A stretch of DNA of 56,627 nt from Spirochaetes bacterium GWB1_27_13 (GTDB lineage: Bacteria > Spirochaetota > GWE2-31-10 > MWDO01): assembly GCA_001829125.1 (NCBI GenBank), contig MIAN01000104.1:1-56627 (forward strand), read 5' to 3'. This document shows positions 9,743 through 19,209 of the stretch, one piece after another. The notes under the pieces were generated by a model that did no database searches, had not been told where the DNA came from, and saw only the letters and a list, made by a program, of their open reading frames with translations. The stretch's first letter is position 1. Each line of letters begins with the position of its first letter. Position numbers and translations under genes: made by a program.

Positions 9743-12622
9743 TTAATTATAAATATCCCATTCATTTACAAAAATAATTTTACCAAATTTAGATAGTTTT
9801 TTCATATCAATTTTTGTTTTGTCTCCTACGATTGATATTGCAATTGGTTTATTTTTTATCCTTTTGTCGTAAAAGTTTGCAATATCGTTAAAATTTAACT
9901 TATTATAAACTTCAAGGTTAAAAATATTTGGGTCTTCCGTAAAACCAATCTTTTTTAGATTTTTAATTGTTTTACTTAAATATCTAAAATCATCTCTATC
10001 TGTATAAATATTTTGTATCAAAGTTTCTTTTATGAGATTAAGCCTTTCTTCTTTCTTTGGCATATTGTTAATTAGATTAGTCATTGTATCAATTGCCTCA
10101 AGAGTTTTGTCTGCCTGTGTTCCTATATAGCCATAAAATATTGCCTCATCATCTTTTAAGTAGGAAGAATAATATCCACCATCAGAACTATATGCTAAAG
10201 ACCTAAACTCTCTAATTTCTTGAAAAACTAAAGAACTCATTCCTCTACCAAAATAAGTATTAAAAGCATTCTCATAAGGAGAGTTTTTAATATTTTCATT
10301 TTTTTGTCCCTTTATGTAAAAATAGATGTTGCTTTGGAGAGCATTCCTTTTATCAAGGAAAAAAATTATATTTTCAGTATAATTTTCTTTTTGAATTATG
10401 AACGGATTGTCAACTTTTATAATATCATCATCAATTTGATAGTTATTTAGTATTTCATCTTTGACTTCATTAAAATTTTTTGTGCCAGCATAATGAATAT
10501 CGATCTGATATTTTTTTGCGTCGTTTAATGCTTTTATTACATCTTTATCTTTTGCTTGATATAACTCTATGAGCGTTTTACGATATTTTTTGAAATAACT
10601 TCTTTCTTTATACATCGAATAATTGAATAAATAATATGCAAGTCTTTGAGGTTCTTCTTTTATAGTTTTTAAGTTTGCGTTTCTATCGTCAACAAGTTTT
10701 TTTAAATTTTGTTTTTCTATTTTTGGATTTTTAACTAATTCATTTATTAGTTTTAACGTTTTATTAAAATTTTTGTCTGGACATGATATATAAATATTTA
10801 CATTATTAAGTGAACTCCAAAAATGATAAGTACAGCCTAATAAACTCATTTTATTTTTAAATTCTTGTGATTTTATATTAGTTGTGCCAATATTATTAAA
10901 AACATAAATTAAATCCAAATCTTGAAACTTTGCAATCCCAACATTATAAATTATTTCTAAACTAAAGATGTTATTTATCGGATTTTTTGTAAGATAAAGA
11001 TTTACATTTTGTTTAATTTCTTTTTGCTCAATATCTTTTTCAAAGTCAATAAACTTAAATTCTGGCTTGATAGTTGGGATACTCTCAAAATACTTAGCAT
11101 ATTCTGATTTTTCATCTTTTTTTGATGCAATAACAGGTTTATAATCTGGTTTTTGCAATTTTTCTTTCTTAGGAAACCCAATTTCTGAGTAGAATGCCAA
11201 ATAATTATTATTGTAGTATTGATTTGCAACTCTTTTTATATCTTCTTTTGTGATTTTTTCTACTATTTGTGGAAATTTAACCATTTCTTCTATTTTTATA
11301 TTATGGATAAAACTATCAGAGATTATATATGCTTTTCTTTCATTATTTTCTAAAAACATTTCAAAATCAACAATAAATTTGTTTTTTACACCTTCAAGCA
11401 ATTCGTCCGAAAAATTACCTTTTTTTATGTTTTCTATCTCATTTAAAACCATTTTTTCGGCTTTTGGAAGGCTTCCACCAAAAATATTTGGTATAAAAGC
11501 AAAAAAACTACCTCCAGTGTCTTTTAGTTGATACAAAATTGGAAATACATAAAAAAGTTTATTTTCCAATTTGAGTTTATCAAGAAGACCAGTTTGATTA
11601 TCATTACTTAGCAAACTATTAATTACTTGAATAACGGGGGTATCTTCGTTTTTATAAGCTGGCACTCTAAAACCAATGCCACCGACATTAATTGGGCTAA
11701 GCCTTTTTTTTACAAATTCTCTTCCTTTAAAATCATCTTCTTTGTATTCTATCTCTTTTGGTAAATCGTCGCTTTTTAGCTTCCCAAATTTTTCTTTTAT
11801 GATTGGAATAATTTTTTCTGTATCAAAATCACCACATAAAATTAAAGCTATATTGTTAGCAACAAAATAAGTATTATAGAATTCTTTCATTTTACTTAAA
11901 GATGGATTTTTTAAATGTTCTGTTAATCCAATTATTGATCTACCGTAAGGATGTTTTTTGTAAAAATTTTTTAGGTATTCTTCGACAATGAGGCTTTTAA
12001 AGTCGTCGTTATACATATTTTTTTCTTCGTAAACAGTCTCAAGTTCGGATTGAAATAATCTAAAAACAGGATTTCTAAACCTCTCAGTATAAATATCAAG
12101 CCATTTTTCAATCTGGTGTGGTGGAAAATAATTATGAAAAACCACCACATCATAATCGGTATAAGCATTTACATCCTTACTACCAATAGAATCCATCAAT
12201 TTATCAAATTCATTTGGTATTGCAAATTTTGCTGTTTCTACTGCTAAATTGTTTATTTCGACTTGAATTTTTTGTTTTTCTTTTTTATCAGATGTTTTTG
12301 CAAGTTTATCGTAGAGTTTTTCAATTTCATCTAAATAATCTTTTTCTTTTTGATAATTAGCAGTGCCAAGTTTATCTGTGCCTTTAAAAAGCATGTGTTC
12401 AAGGTAATGAGCCATTCCAGTAGCGTCAGATTTTTCGTACTTACTTCCAGATTTAACTGTGATTGCACCATAAATTTCTGGTTTATTATGGTCTTCATTT
12501 AGAAAAACAGTTAAACCATTCTCTAAAATGATCTTTTTTACAGATAAATTTATATTTTCTATTGAAAATAAACAAATATTAAAATAAATAAATAAAAATA
12601 ATGATAAAATAATTTTATTCAT
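9743..12622 (-). CDS. M16-family (insulinase/pitrilysin-like) zinc peptidase, double-length
   Basis: 959 aa with a signal peptide and the inverted zinc motif HYLEH (HxxEH) in MAHYLEHMLFKGT. Confidence 0.85.
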   Translation of the reverse strand: MNKIILSLFLFIYFNICLFSIENINLSVKKIILENGLTVFLNEDHNKPEIYGAITVKSGSKYEKSDATGMAHYLEHMLFKGTDKLGTANYQKEKDYLDEIEKLYDKLAKTSDKKEKQKIQVEINNLAVETAKFAIPNEFDKLMDSIGSKDVNAYTDYDVVVFHNYFPPHQIEKWLDIYTERFRNPVFRLFQSELETVYEEKNMYNDDFKSLIVEEYLKNFYKKHPYGRSIIGLTEHLKNPSLSKMKEFYNTYFVANNIALILCGDFDTEKIIPIIKEKFGKLKSDDLPKEIEYKEDDFKGREFVKKRLSPINVGGIGFRVPAYKNEDTPVIQVINSLLSNDNQTGLLDKLKLENKLFYVFPILYQLKDTGGSFFAFIPNIFGGSLPKAEKMVLNEIENIKKGNFSDELLEGVKNKFIVDFEMFLENNERKAYIISDSFIHNIKIEEMVKFPQIVEKITKEDIKRVANQYYNNNYLAFYSEIGFPKKEKLQKPDYKPVIASKKDEKSEYAKYFESIPTIKPEFKFIDFEKDIEQKEIKQNVNLYLTKNPINNIFSLEIIYNVGIAKFQDLDLIYVFNNIGTTNIKSQEFKNKMSLLGCTYHFWSSLNNVNIYISCPDKNFNKTLKLINELVKNPKIEKQNLKKLVDDRNANLKTIKEEPQRLAYYLFNYSMYKERSYFKKYRKTLIELYQAKDKDVIKALNDAKKYQIDIHYAGTKNFNEVKDEILNNYQIDDDIIKVDNPFIIQKENYTENIIFFLDKRNALQSNIYFYIKGQKNENIKNSPYENAFNTYFGRGMSSLVFQEIREFRSLAYSSDGGYYSSYLKDDEAIFYGYIGTQADKTLEAIDTMTNLINNMPKKEERLNLIKETLIQNIYTDRDDFRYLSKTIKNLKKIGFTEDPNIFNLEVYNKLNFNDIANFYDKRIKNKPIAISIVGDKTKIDMKKLSKFGKIIFVNEWDIYN

Positions 12623-12698
12623 TGATAATTCCTTTTAAATTTTATTAAAATATTTCTATGGAAACAAAAGGTAGCTACCCATTGTATTAATAAAATTC

Positions 12699-13640
12699 TT
12701 AATTAGTGTTATATTTTTTTAATAAAAAATTTATTATTTCTCCTGCAACTTCGCAGGCCGTAGAACTTTTACTTTTTTCTACAATTACCAACATACTAAA
12801 AGTTGGGTTTTGCGATGGTGATAAAATCATAACCCAACCAACATTTTTTGTCCAATCATAAAGCCCATATTTTGTGCCAGCCCCAGTACCAGTTTTTACA
12901 ATAAGGTCTGGAAGTTTTGTTTTTTCGTAAATAGTTTTACTTGTACCGTATAAATAACCTTCGTGCATACCCATTCTGATAATTTCTAATACATAATCAT
13001 TAAAATCAATGTTTGTAACGAAATTTTGGGTTGAATCAAATAATTTTCCATCATTAAACAAACAATTATATGCAAAAATAACATCTATTGGCTTTGTTTG
13101 TATTAACACATCAAGACCAATTGCAGCTTTATAAAATTCTTTATTTGTAATTTTATCATAATTAATATTTTTTACCAAATTTAATCTACTCATTAACTCA
13201 AAATAATCTTTTTTTTGAAGTTTGTTTTCTACAAATTTATAAAAATAATAATTACAAGATTTAGATATAGCACCATATAGATTGAGTTCGTTATGTCCAA
13301 CGCCAAGCCAACATCCAATATCTTCAGGGTCTTGATAGCCAGGACATGTATGTTTTTCTTCTGTATTAATTTTGTTATTTTGAGAAATAGTAAGTATAGT
13401 AAATGGTTTTAAAAGAGAACCAGGACAATATCGTCTATTAAACAACATATTTTTATTATAAATAAAGTTAATATTTCCATTTTGAGGATTTGTAATAACA
13501 ACAGCAAGTTCTCCATAAGTTTCTTTTAGAAATTGACATTTTCTTTGTAAGGATTTATTGTTTATTTCTAATGAGAATGCCATACTAATAACAAAAATTA
13601 GTATTGTATTAATTACTATTATTTTTAAAATCTTTTTCAT
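12699..13640 (-). CDS. penicillin-binding transpeptidase-domain protein (PBP2/3-like catalytic domain only)
   Basis: N-terminal TM/signal. SxxK in PGSLLKPF, SxN in SKSCNYYFY, KTG in KTGTG. Confidence 0.65.
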   Translation of the reverse strand: MKKILKIIVINTILIFVISMAFSLEINNKSLQRKCQFLKETYGELAVVITNPQNGNINFIYNKNMLFNRRYCPGSLLKPFTILTISQNNKINTEEKHTCPGYQDPEDIGCWLGVGHNELNLYGAISKSCNYYFYKFVENKLQKKDYFELMSRLNLVKNINYDKITNKEFYKAAIGLDVLIQTKPIDVIFAYNCLFNDGKLFDSTQNFVTNIDFNDYVLEIIRMGMHEGYLYGTSKTIYEKTKLPDLIVKTGTGAGTKYGLYDWTKNVGWVMILSPSQNPTFSMLVIVEKSKSSTACEVAGEIINFLLKKYNTN

Positions 13641-14346
13641 AAATCTCTTTTATATCTTTTTTTAGTTTATTTTGAATAATTTCCTCAAATCTAACATTAT
13701 TTCGCAAATTTTCAAGAATATTCGATAAATAAACATCATTAAATTTTTTTGAAAGAAAAATGCTAAATTTTATAGAAATATTATTAAAATCTTCCATTTT
13801 TTCTTTATCATAAATATTAGATTGTAAATTGATAAAATCATTAAAATTTTGTAGATTTTTTATCTGATAACTCAAATTAACTTGTTTATTATAAAATAAA
13901 TAATAAAAATAACTTGATAACATCTCGTTTAACCATAAAGGACAATTATTTTTTGTATATGAGTCAATAAAATAATGAGAATATTCTACAAAAATTACTT
14001 TTTTTAAAACGCTTTTTTTTACCAAACTATCGATAGGTTGGATAAAAAAACTATAATCAAAATAATAACCACCAATCCAATATTTAATGCCAAGATTTTT
14101 TTCCATCTGCCACACATAATTAAAAATTTTAATATCGAGTTTTTCTTTTGGAATATAGTTAAATTTATCTATAAAAAAAGATTCTACCTGATCAAGTGAG
14201 TCGATGAGTAAATCTAAATTTTTTTGAGAAATATTATCAAAGTAAAAATAAAATCTATTTTTATAAGTAAAAGACTCTGAAAATAAATAATTTAATGAAA
14301 TAAGGAATAAAAATATAAAAAAAGACTTTTTATTAAAAATTTTCAT
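13609..14346 (-). CDS. hypothetical secreted protein
   Basis: 245-aa ORF with a signal peptide, overlapping the downstream PBP-like gene by 32 nt. No motif recognised. Confidence 0.5.
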   Translation of the reverse strand: MKIFNKKSFFIFLFLISLNYLFSESFTYKNRFYFYFDNISQKNLDLLIDSLDQVESFFIDKFNYIPKEKLDIKIFNYVWQMEKNLGIKYWIGGYYFDYSFFIQPIDSLVKKSVLKKVIFVEYSHYFIDSYTKNNCPLWLNEMLSSYFYYLFYNKQVNLSYQIKNLQNFNDFINLQSNIYDKEKMEDFNNISIKFSIFLSKKFNDVYLSNILENLRNNVRFEEIIQNKLKKDIKEIYEKDFKNNSN

Positions 14347-14434
14347 AAAATCTAATATGTTTGGAATGGTTTATAAAAAATAAAAGGGTTACCCAATTGG
14401 ATAACCCTATTTATAACTACAAGTCATATACAAA

Positions 14435-14593
14435 TTATTTTACATCACCTGTTGCGTCTGATGTAGTGTCCATGATAACATCTGAAATTGTTGTTGTAGT
14501 TGTTGTTGTTTCTTGTTTTTTACAAGAAAAAGTTGCTATTGATAAAGATAAAACTAACATAGCTGCAAATACGAATGAAATAAGTTTTTTCAT
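14435..14593 (-). CDS. small putative lipoprotein (52 aa), not in the ORF track
   Basis: AGGAGG 5 nt upstream of the ATG. MKKLISFVFAAMLVLSLSIATFSCKKQETTTTTTTISDVIMDTTSDATGDVK has a signal peptide plus Cys and a Thr-rich linker. The plus-strand ORF 14361-14597 is its antisense shadow. Confidence 0.55.
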   Translation of the reverse strand: MKKLISFVFAAMLVLSLSIATFSCKKQETTTTTTTISDVIMDTTSDATGDVK

Positions 14594-14683
14594 TTGATTC
14601 CTCCTGATGGTTTATTTATATCAAAAAAAATAATTTTTGTAAATAGAAATCTTAATTTTTTTTAAGATTATTTTAAGATTAAA

Positions 14684-15706
14684 TTAAGATTCAAATAATA
14701 ATTTTTCTTCATTTGTAGAAAAATTTAGCCCAAGGTGTAGATAGGCTTTTTTAGTAGCAATTCTTCCACGTGGTGTTCTTTTTATAAATCCAAGTTGTAT
14801 TAAAAATGGCTCATAGACTTCTTCGATAGTATCAGCCTCTTCTCCAAGTGAAATTGCAAGAGTTTTTGCACCAACAGGTCCACCTTCATAGTTTTCTATT
14901 AAAATTTTAAGGAGTCTTTTATCAACTTTGTTTAGACCGAGATTATCAATTTCGAGTCTTTCTAAAGAATGTTTTGCTGTATCTAAATCGATAATTCCAG
15001 TATTTCTTATCTGAGCAAAGTCTCTAATTCGTTTTAAGATTCTATTTGCTACACGAGGTGTCCCTCTCGAACATTTTGCTATTAGATTTGCTGCGTCGTG
15101 TTCTATTTTTACATCAAGAATATTTGATGAACGGACTAAAATTAATTTCATCTCATCTTCTGTATAAAAATCTAAATTTTCGTGTATCCCAAATCTTGCT
15201 CTAAGAGGCGAGGATATGAGTCCAGAACGGGTCGTTGCACCAACGAGGGTAAAAGGAGCAATATTTATTTTTATAGTTTTTGCAGAAGGTCCTTGACCTA
15301 TTATCAAGTCTAAAGAATAGTCTTCCATTGCAGAATATAAAATTTCTTCTATATTTTTTTTGAGTCTATGTATTTCATCAATAAAAAAAATGTCCCCTTC
15401 CTGAACATCAGTTAAAATTGCAGCAAGGTCTCCAGCTTTTTCTAAAACTGGAGCACTTGTTGACTTAAAATTAACATTCATCTCATAAGCGACAATTGAG
15501 GCGAGGGTAGTTTTACCAAGCCCAGGCGGACCAGACAAAAGAATATGGTCTAAAGGTTCACTTCTTTTTTTTGCTGCTTCTATGTAAATTTTTAGATTTT
15601 CAATAAATTTTTTTTGACCAATAAATTCTTTTAAATTACGGGGTCTTAATGACTTTTCGTATTCATCGTCTCTTCCTTCTTGAACAGTAATTATATTATC
15701 ACTCAT
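14684..15706 (-). CDS. ruvB: Holliday junction branch migration ATPase RuvB
   Basis: 340 aa. Walker A GPPGLGKTTLA, DEIHRL, and typical RuvB length and C-terminal winged helix. Abuts ruvA. Confidence 0.95.
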   Translation of the reverse strand: MSDNIITVQEGRDDEYEKSLRPRNLKEFIGQKKFIENLKIYIEAAKKRSEPLDHILLSGPPGLGKTTLASIVAYEMNVNFKSTSAPVLEKAGDLAAILTDVQEGDIFFIDEIHRLKKNIEEILYSAMEDYSLDLIIGQGPSAKTIKINIAPFTLVGATTRSGLISSPLRARFGIHENLDFYTEDEMKLILVRSSNILDVKIEHDAANLIAKCSRGTPRVANRILKRIRDFAQIRNTGIIDLDTAKHSLERLEIDNLGLNKVDKRLLKILIENYEGGPVGAKTLAISLGEEADTIEEVYEPFLIQLGFIKRTPRGRIATKKAYLHLGLNFSTNEEKLLFES

Positions 15707-16279
15707 CTATTTCCCCGATAAAATTTTTAACAATTTTTTAAATTCAACCTCAAAAGTATCATCAAGAGGTTTAAGTTTTTTTAGTTTTTCTCTTACATCC
15801 TGCTCTTGATAGCCAAGTCCAACCATAGCATTAATTAAATCTTCTTCAATTCCTGTGGGTTTTTCGTCGCTAAGAGTAGGGATTTTTCCTTTTAAGTCAA
15901 AAATGATTTTTGATGCAACTTTTAAACCAACACCACTTATTTTTTTTAGTGAGTCAATGTCTTCTTTTTCGATATAATTAAAAAGAATATCAACTTCGTA
16001 AAAAGATAGAATTTTTAATGCAAGTTTTGGACCTATTCCATCAACTTTAAGTAACTCTAAAAAGCCTTTTTTTGTTTTTTCTTGCAAAAAACCGTACAAA
16101 ATCATAGCATCTTCTCTATGCACTAAATAAGTATATAAAAAAACTTCATCGCCTTTTTTAGAAGAAGCCAAAGAGATGTCTTTTGTTGTACAAAAAATTT
16201 CATAACCAACACCTGTATTATCTATAATTAATGTGTCTGGTTTTATATCAAAAAGTTTTCCTTTAATAAAATAAATCAA
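15707..16279 (-). CDS. ruvA: Holliday junction DNA-binding protein RuvA
   Basis: 190 aa. MIYFIKGKL... start and HhH segments (VDGIGPKLALKIL, ISGVGLKVASKI). Immediately upstream of ruvB. Confidence 0.9.
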   Translation of the reverse strand: MIYFIKGKLFDIKPDTLIIDNTGVGYEIFCTTKDISLASSKKGDEVFLYTYLVHREDAMILYGFLQEKTKKGFLELLKVDGIGPKLALKILSFYEVDILFNYIEKEDIDSLKKISGVGLKVASKIIFDLKGKIPTLSDEKPTGIEEDLINAMVGLGYQEQDVREKLKKLKPLDDTFEVEFKKLLKILSGK

Positions 16280-16290
16280 TTTTTCTTCCT

Positions 16291-16390
16291 ATAACACGGA
16301 TTAACACAGATTTTCTTAGATAACACGGATTATATGCTAACAGCCTAATCTGTGCCATCTTTCATAATAATCTATTTCAATCTGTGTTAT
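16291..16390. repeat. cluster of ATAACAC(A/G)GATTA motifs (3 direct, 2 inverted)
   Basis: Direct copies at 16291-16303, 16301-16312 and 16320-16332. Inverted copies at 16346-16354 and 16379-16390, the last overlapping the stop of the ABC ATPase gene. Confidence 0.8.
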
Positions 16391-17186
16391 ATTTTTCTGA
16401 AAGTAAAACTTTATCTGTTTGAAAAGAAACATGTCTTAATTCATGAAATTTATTTACAAGTTTTTCCACTGTAAGATTTTTCTTTTCTTCTCCTACAACA
16501 TCAAAAATAACTTCTCCTTTATCCATCATCAAAAGCCTATTTCCGTATTGAATGGCAGAGTTCATATTATGAGTTATCATCATAGCAGTAAGCTTATATT
16601 CTTTTACAAATTTATCTGTTAATTGTAAAACAATCTCTGCATTCTTAGGGTCTAAAGCCGCTGTATGCTCATCAAGTAAAATCAAACGAGGTTTAGAAAA
16701 AACCATCATCAAAAGTGTCAAAGCCTGTCTTTGACCTCCAGACAAAAGTCCAACACTATTTTTTAATCTATCTTCAAGGTGCATATCAAGTTGTTCTAAT
16801 TCTTTTTGAAAAACGGTTTTAATCTTGTGATTTAGACTTAAAGATAAGCCTCGCATACCTTTTTTATTCGCTATCATCATATTTTCTTCGATTGACATAT
16901 TGGAAGCTGTGCCGAGGAGGGGATTTTGGAATATTCTACCAATATATTTTGCTCTTTTATGCTCTGGGTCTTTTGTTATTTCTTTATCATCAACATAAAT
17001 TTTACCAGTTGTAGGTAGAATATTGCCAGAGATTAAATTAAAAAGTGTGCTTTTACCAGCACCATTGCTGCCAATTATTGTTATAAAATCACCTTCATTT
17101 ATCGTTAGGTCTATATTTTTGATTGCTATATTTTCGTTAATCGTGCCTTGTTCAAATATTTTTGTTATGTTTTTTATTTTTACCAT
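16377..17186 (-). CDS. ABC transporter ATP-binding protein
   Basis: Walker A GSNGAGKST, signature LSGGQRQ, Walker B LILLDEHTAALD. Confidence 0.9.
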   Translation of the reverse strand: MVKIKNITKIFEQGTINENIAIKNIDLTINEGDFITIIGSNGAGKSTLFNLISGNILPTTGKIYVDDKEITKDPEHKRAKYIGRIFQNPLLGTASNMSIEENMMIANKKGMRGLSLSLNHKIKTVFQKELEQLDMHLEDRLKNSVGLLSGGQRQALTLLMMVFSKPRLILLDEHTAALDPKNAEIVLQLTDKFVKEYKLTAMMITHNMNSAIQYGNRLLMMDKGEVIFDVVGEEKKNLTVEKLVNKFHELRHVSFQTDKVLLSEKYNTD

Positions 17187-17195
17187 AAAATCACC

Positions 17196-17376
17196 AACTT
17201 ATAACACAGATTTTATACCCGCAAGGCGAGTATAGGTAGATTGTCACAGATTACACCGATTATTTATAGATAACTTTTTTACCAAAAAAACTCAACTTAT
17301 AACACAGATTTTTTTGGATTTTCTCAGATAACACTGATTATTTAATAATTGACTTATTTTTACCAAAAAAACTCAA
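17196..17376. repeat. tandemly duplicated spacer carrying ATAACAC(A/G/T)GATTA motifs and a copy of the permease 3' end
   Basis: CAACTTATAACACAGATTTT at 17196 and 17293. Motif copies at 17201, 17245, 17253, 17299 and 17328. Perfect 20-nt direct repeat TTTTTACCAAAAAAACTCAA at 17276-17295 and 17357-17376. Confidence 0.8.
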
Positions 17377-18261
17377 TTTTTTCAATTTATTGAAGTTTGT
17401 TAAGTATAACGAAACTATTATTAAAAGTCCAGTAATTAATTTCAAATCATTTGGAGTCATATTTATATAATAACCATAATATCGTCCAAGATACATTATT
17501 CCTTTATAAATAATAGAACCAATAATTACTCTCAAAGTGATAATGTAAATGTTTTTGGATGGGATTATTACCTCACCAATCATAACAGAAGCAAGTCCAG
17601 CAATAATTACACCTTGTCCCAAACTAACATCTGCAAATCCTTGATACTGTGCAGCAAATGCCCCAGCCAAAGCCACAAGTCCATTAGAAAGTCCAACGCC
17701 AATCACTTTTAATAAATTTGGATTTATTCCTTGATTTAAAACCATCTGCTGATTATTTCCCATTGCCCTCAAAACTAAGCCCAGATCAGTATGAAAGAAT
17801 ATATCCATTAAAATTTTTATTAAAATTGTTAAAGCAATAAAAAATATTAAAATTGCGTATTCTTCTGGAATAATTCCTTTAAAAAGAGACTCAATCGTCG
17901 TTAAAATAGTTGTGTTTTTTAAAATGGGAACATTTGCTCTATTACCCAAAACTCTAATGTTTATAGAATAAAGCATAGTCATTGTCAAAATACCAGCCAA
18001 AAGGTTTGGTACTTTTAAATGATTATGAATTAATGCTGTTATAACACCAGCAAGTATTCCACCAGCAAAAGCGATTGCTAAAGCGATTAATAAATTATAA
18101 CCATTAACTATCATAACAGTCATAATTGCAGCCCCAAGTGGAAACGACCCATCAACAGTAAGGTCTGGAAAGTCAAGTATCCTAAAAGTTATGAATACCC
18201 CCAAAACCATTATACCATAAATCAAACCTTCAATAAAAATACTCTCAATCATAAAATCCAC
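17338..18261 (-). CDS. ABC transporter permease
   Basis: 307 aa with about 8-9 hydrophobic helices, upstream of the ATPase gene. No substrate-binding-protein gene in the window. Confidence 0.8.
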   Translation of the reverse strand: MDFMIESIFIEGLIYGIMVLGVFITFRILDFPDLTVDGSFPLGAAIMTVMIVNGYNLLIALAIAFAGGILAGVITALIHNHLKVPNLLAGILTMTMLYSINIRVLGNRANVPILKNTTILTTIESLFKGIIPEEYAILIFFIALTILIKILMDIFFHTDLGLVLRAMGNNQQMVLNQGINPNLLKVIGVGLSNGLVALAGAFAAQYQGFADVSLGQGVIIAGLASVMIGEVIIPSKNIYIITLRVIIGSIIYKGIMYLGRYYGYYINMTPNDLKLITGLLIIVSLYLTNFNKLKKLSFFGKNKSIIK

Positions 18262-18299
18262 TCTATAATTTTAATAATCCACCCTTTAAAAGGGTAGGG

Positions 18300-18312
18300 A
18301 TAACACGGATTA
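18300..18312 (+). repeat. further ATAACACGGATTA motif copy
   Basis: Exact 13-mer upstream of the permease gene. Confidence 0.7.
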
Positions 18313-18414
18313 ATAATTTTTCTTAAAATTTTGTCTCTATATATACAATATCTAATTCAAATCGTCTATTGTTTTTAGATATTTTCAACAATTATCTAAA
18401 ATATATAAAGCATC

Positions 18415-19209
18415 CTACTGCTTAAAAACCCCATCCCTTTTAAAATCTGGCAAATATTCGTCGTCATGGTCTATAAACTCTTGAATATAGCAGTTTTTAA
18501 ATCCAAGATTATTAACAAGGCTTACAATTTCCTCATACTCTCTCATTTTGAGTCGTCTATTTATCTTTTCAAAACCATTCTTTAGGTATAGTGGAGAATA
18601 TTGAGACATTAGGCTTAAAAATATAGTGTTACCAAAATTAAAGAAGAGATTATTGATTACTTTTATGCTATTTTCGATAAAATTTGGCATAACAAGATGA
18701 CGAACTAAAACCCCAGTTGTGGCTTTGCCGTGTTGATCAAGGGTTAAGTTTCCTTTTTTTTTATAAATAAATTCGAGTGCATTTTCAACAACAGTTAGGT
18801 ATTTGTCAGTTTTAAATAAATAATTAACAAGCTCAGTATCAGCAAATTTATAATCAAACAAAAAAATGTCCATAAGATCAACCGCTTTTTCAAGATTGTA
18901 CTTATTTTGAAAACCACTACAATTATAAACAAGTGGAATATTATGTTTTTGTTTTATATGTGTTACACCTTCTATTATATGTGGTAAAAAATGGTCTGGT
19001 GTGACAAAATTTATGTTTTCTGCACCTTTATTTATCAAATTTTCGATTATTTCTATAAATTCCTTTGTAGAATAATGTTTTTTATTAGAATTTCCTTGAC
19101 TTATTTGCATATTTTGACAAAAAGGACATCGAAGCGAACAGCCAGTAAAAAAAATAGTGCCAGAGCCATTTTTAAAAGAAATAGGCGGTTCTTCTCCAAA
19201 ATGTAACAA
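18415..19209 (-). CDS. radical SAM protein (PflX-like activating-enzyme family), possibly N-terminally disrupted
   Basis: CxxxCxxC in GCSLRCPFCQN preceded by HFGEEPPIS. The only start is TTG. Family-like sequence continues upstream through an in-frame TAA (19249-19251). Confidence 0.75.
   Translation of the reverse strand: MLHFGEEPPISFKNGSGTIFFTGCSLRCPFCQNMQISQGNSNKKHYSTKEFIEIIENLINKGAENINFVTPDHFLPHIIEGVTHIKQKHNIPLVYNCSGFQNKYNLEKAVDLMDIFLFDYKFADTELVNYLFKTDKYLTVVENALEFIYKKKGNLTLDQHGKATTGVLVRHLVMPNFIENSIKVINNLFFNFGNTIFLSLMSQYSPLYLKNGFEKINRRLKMREYEEIVSLVNNLGFKNCYIQEFIDHDDEYLPDFKRDGVFKQ

Noticed and set aside
14361-14597. 78-aa plus-strand ORF from the track.
   Set aside because: It has no RBS, an implausible VVVVVV/low-complexity product, and is exactly antisense to a much better small lipoprotein ORF with an AGGAGG RBS.
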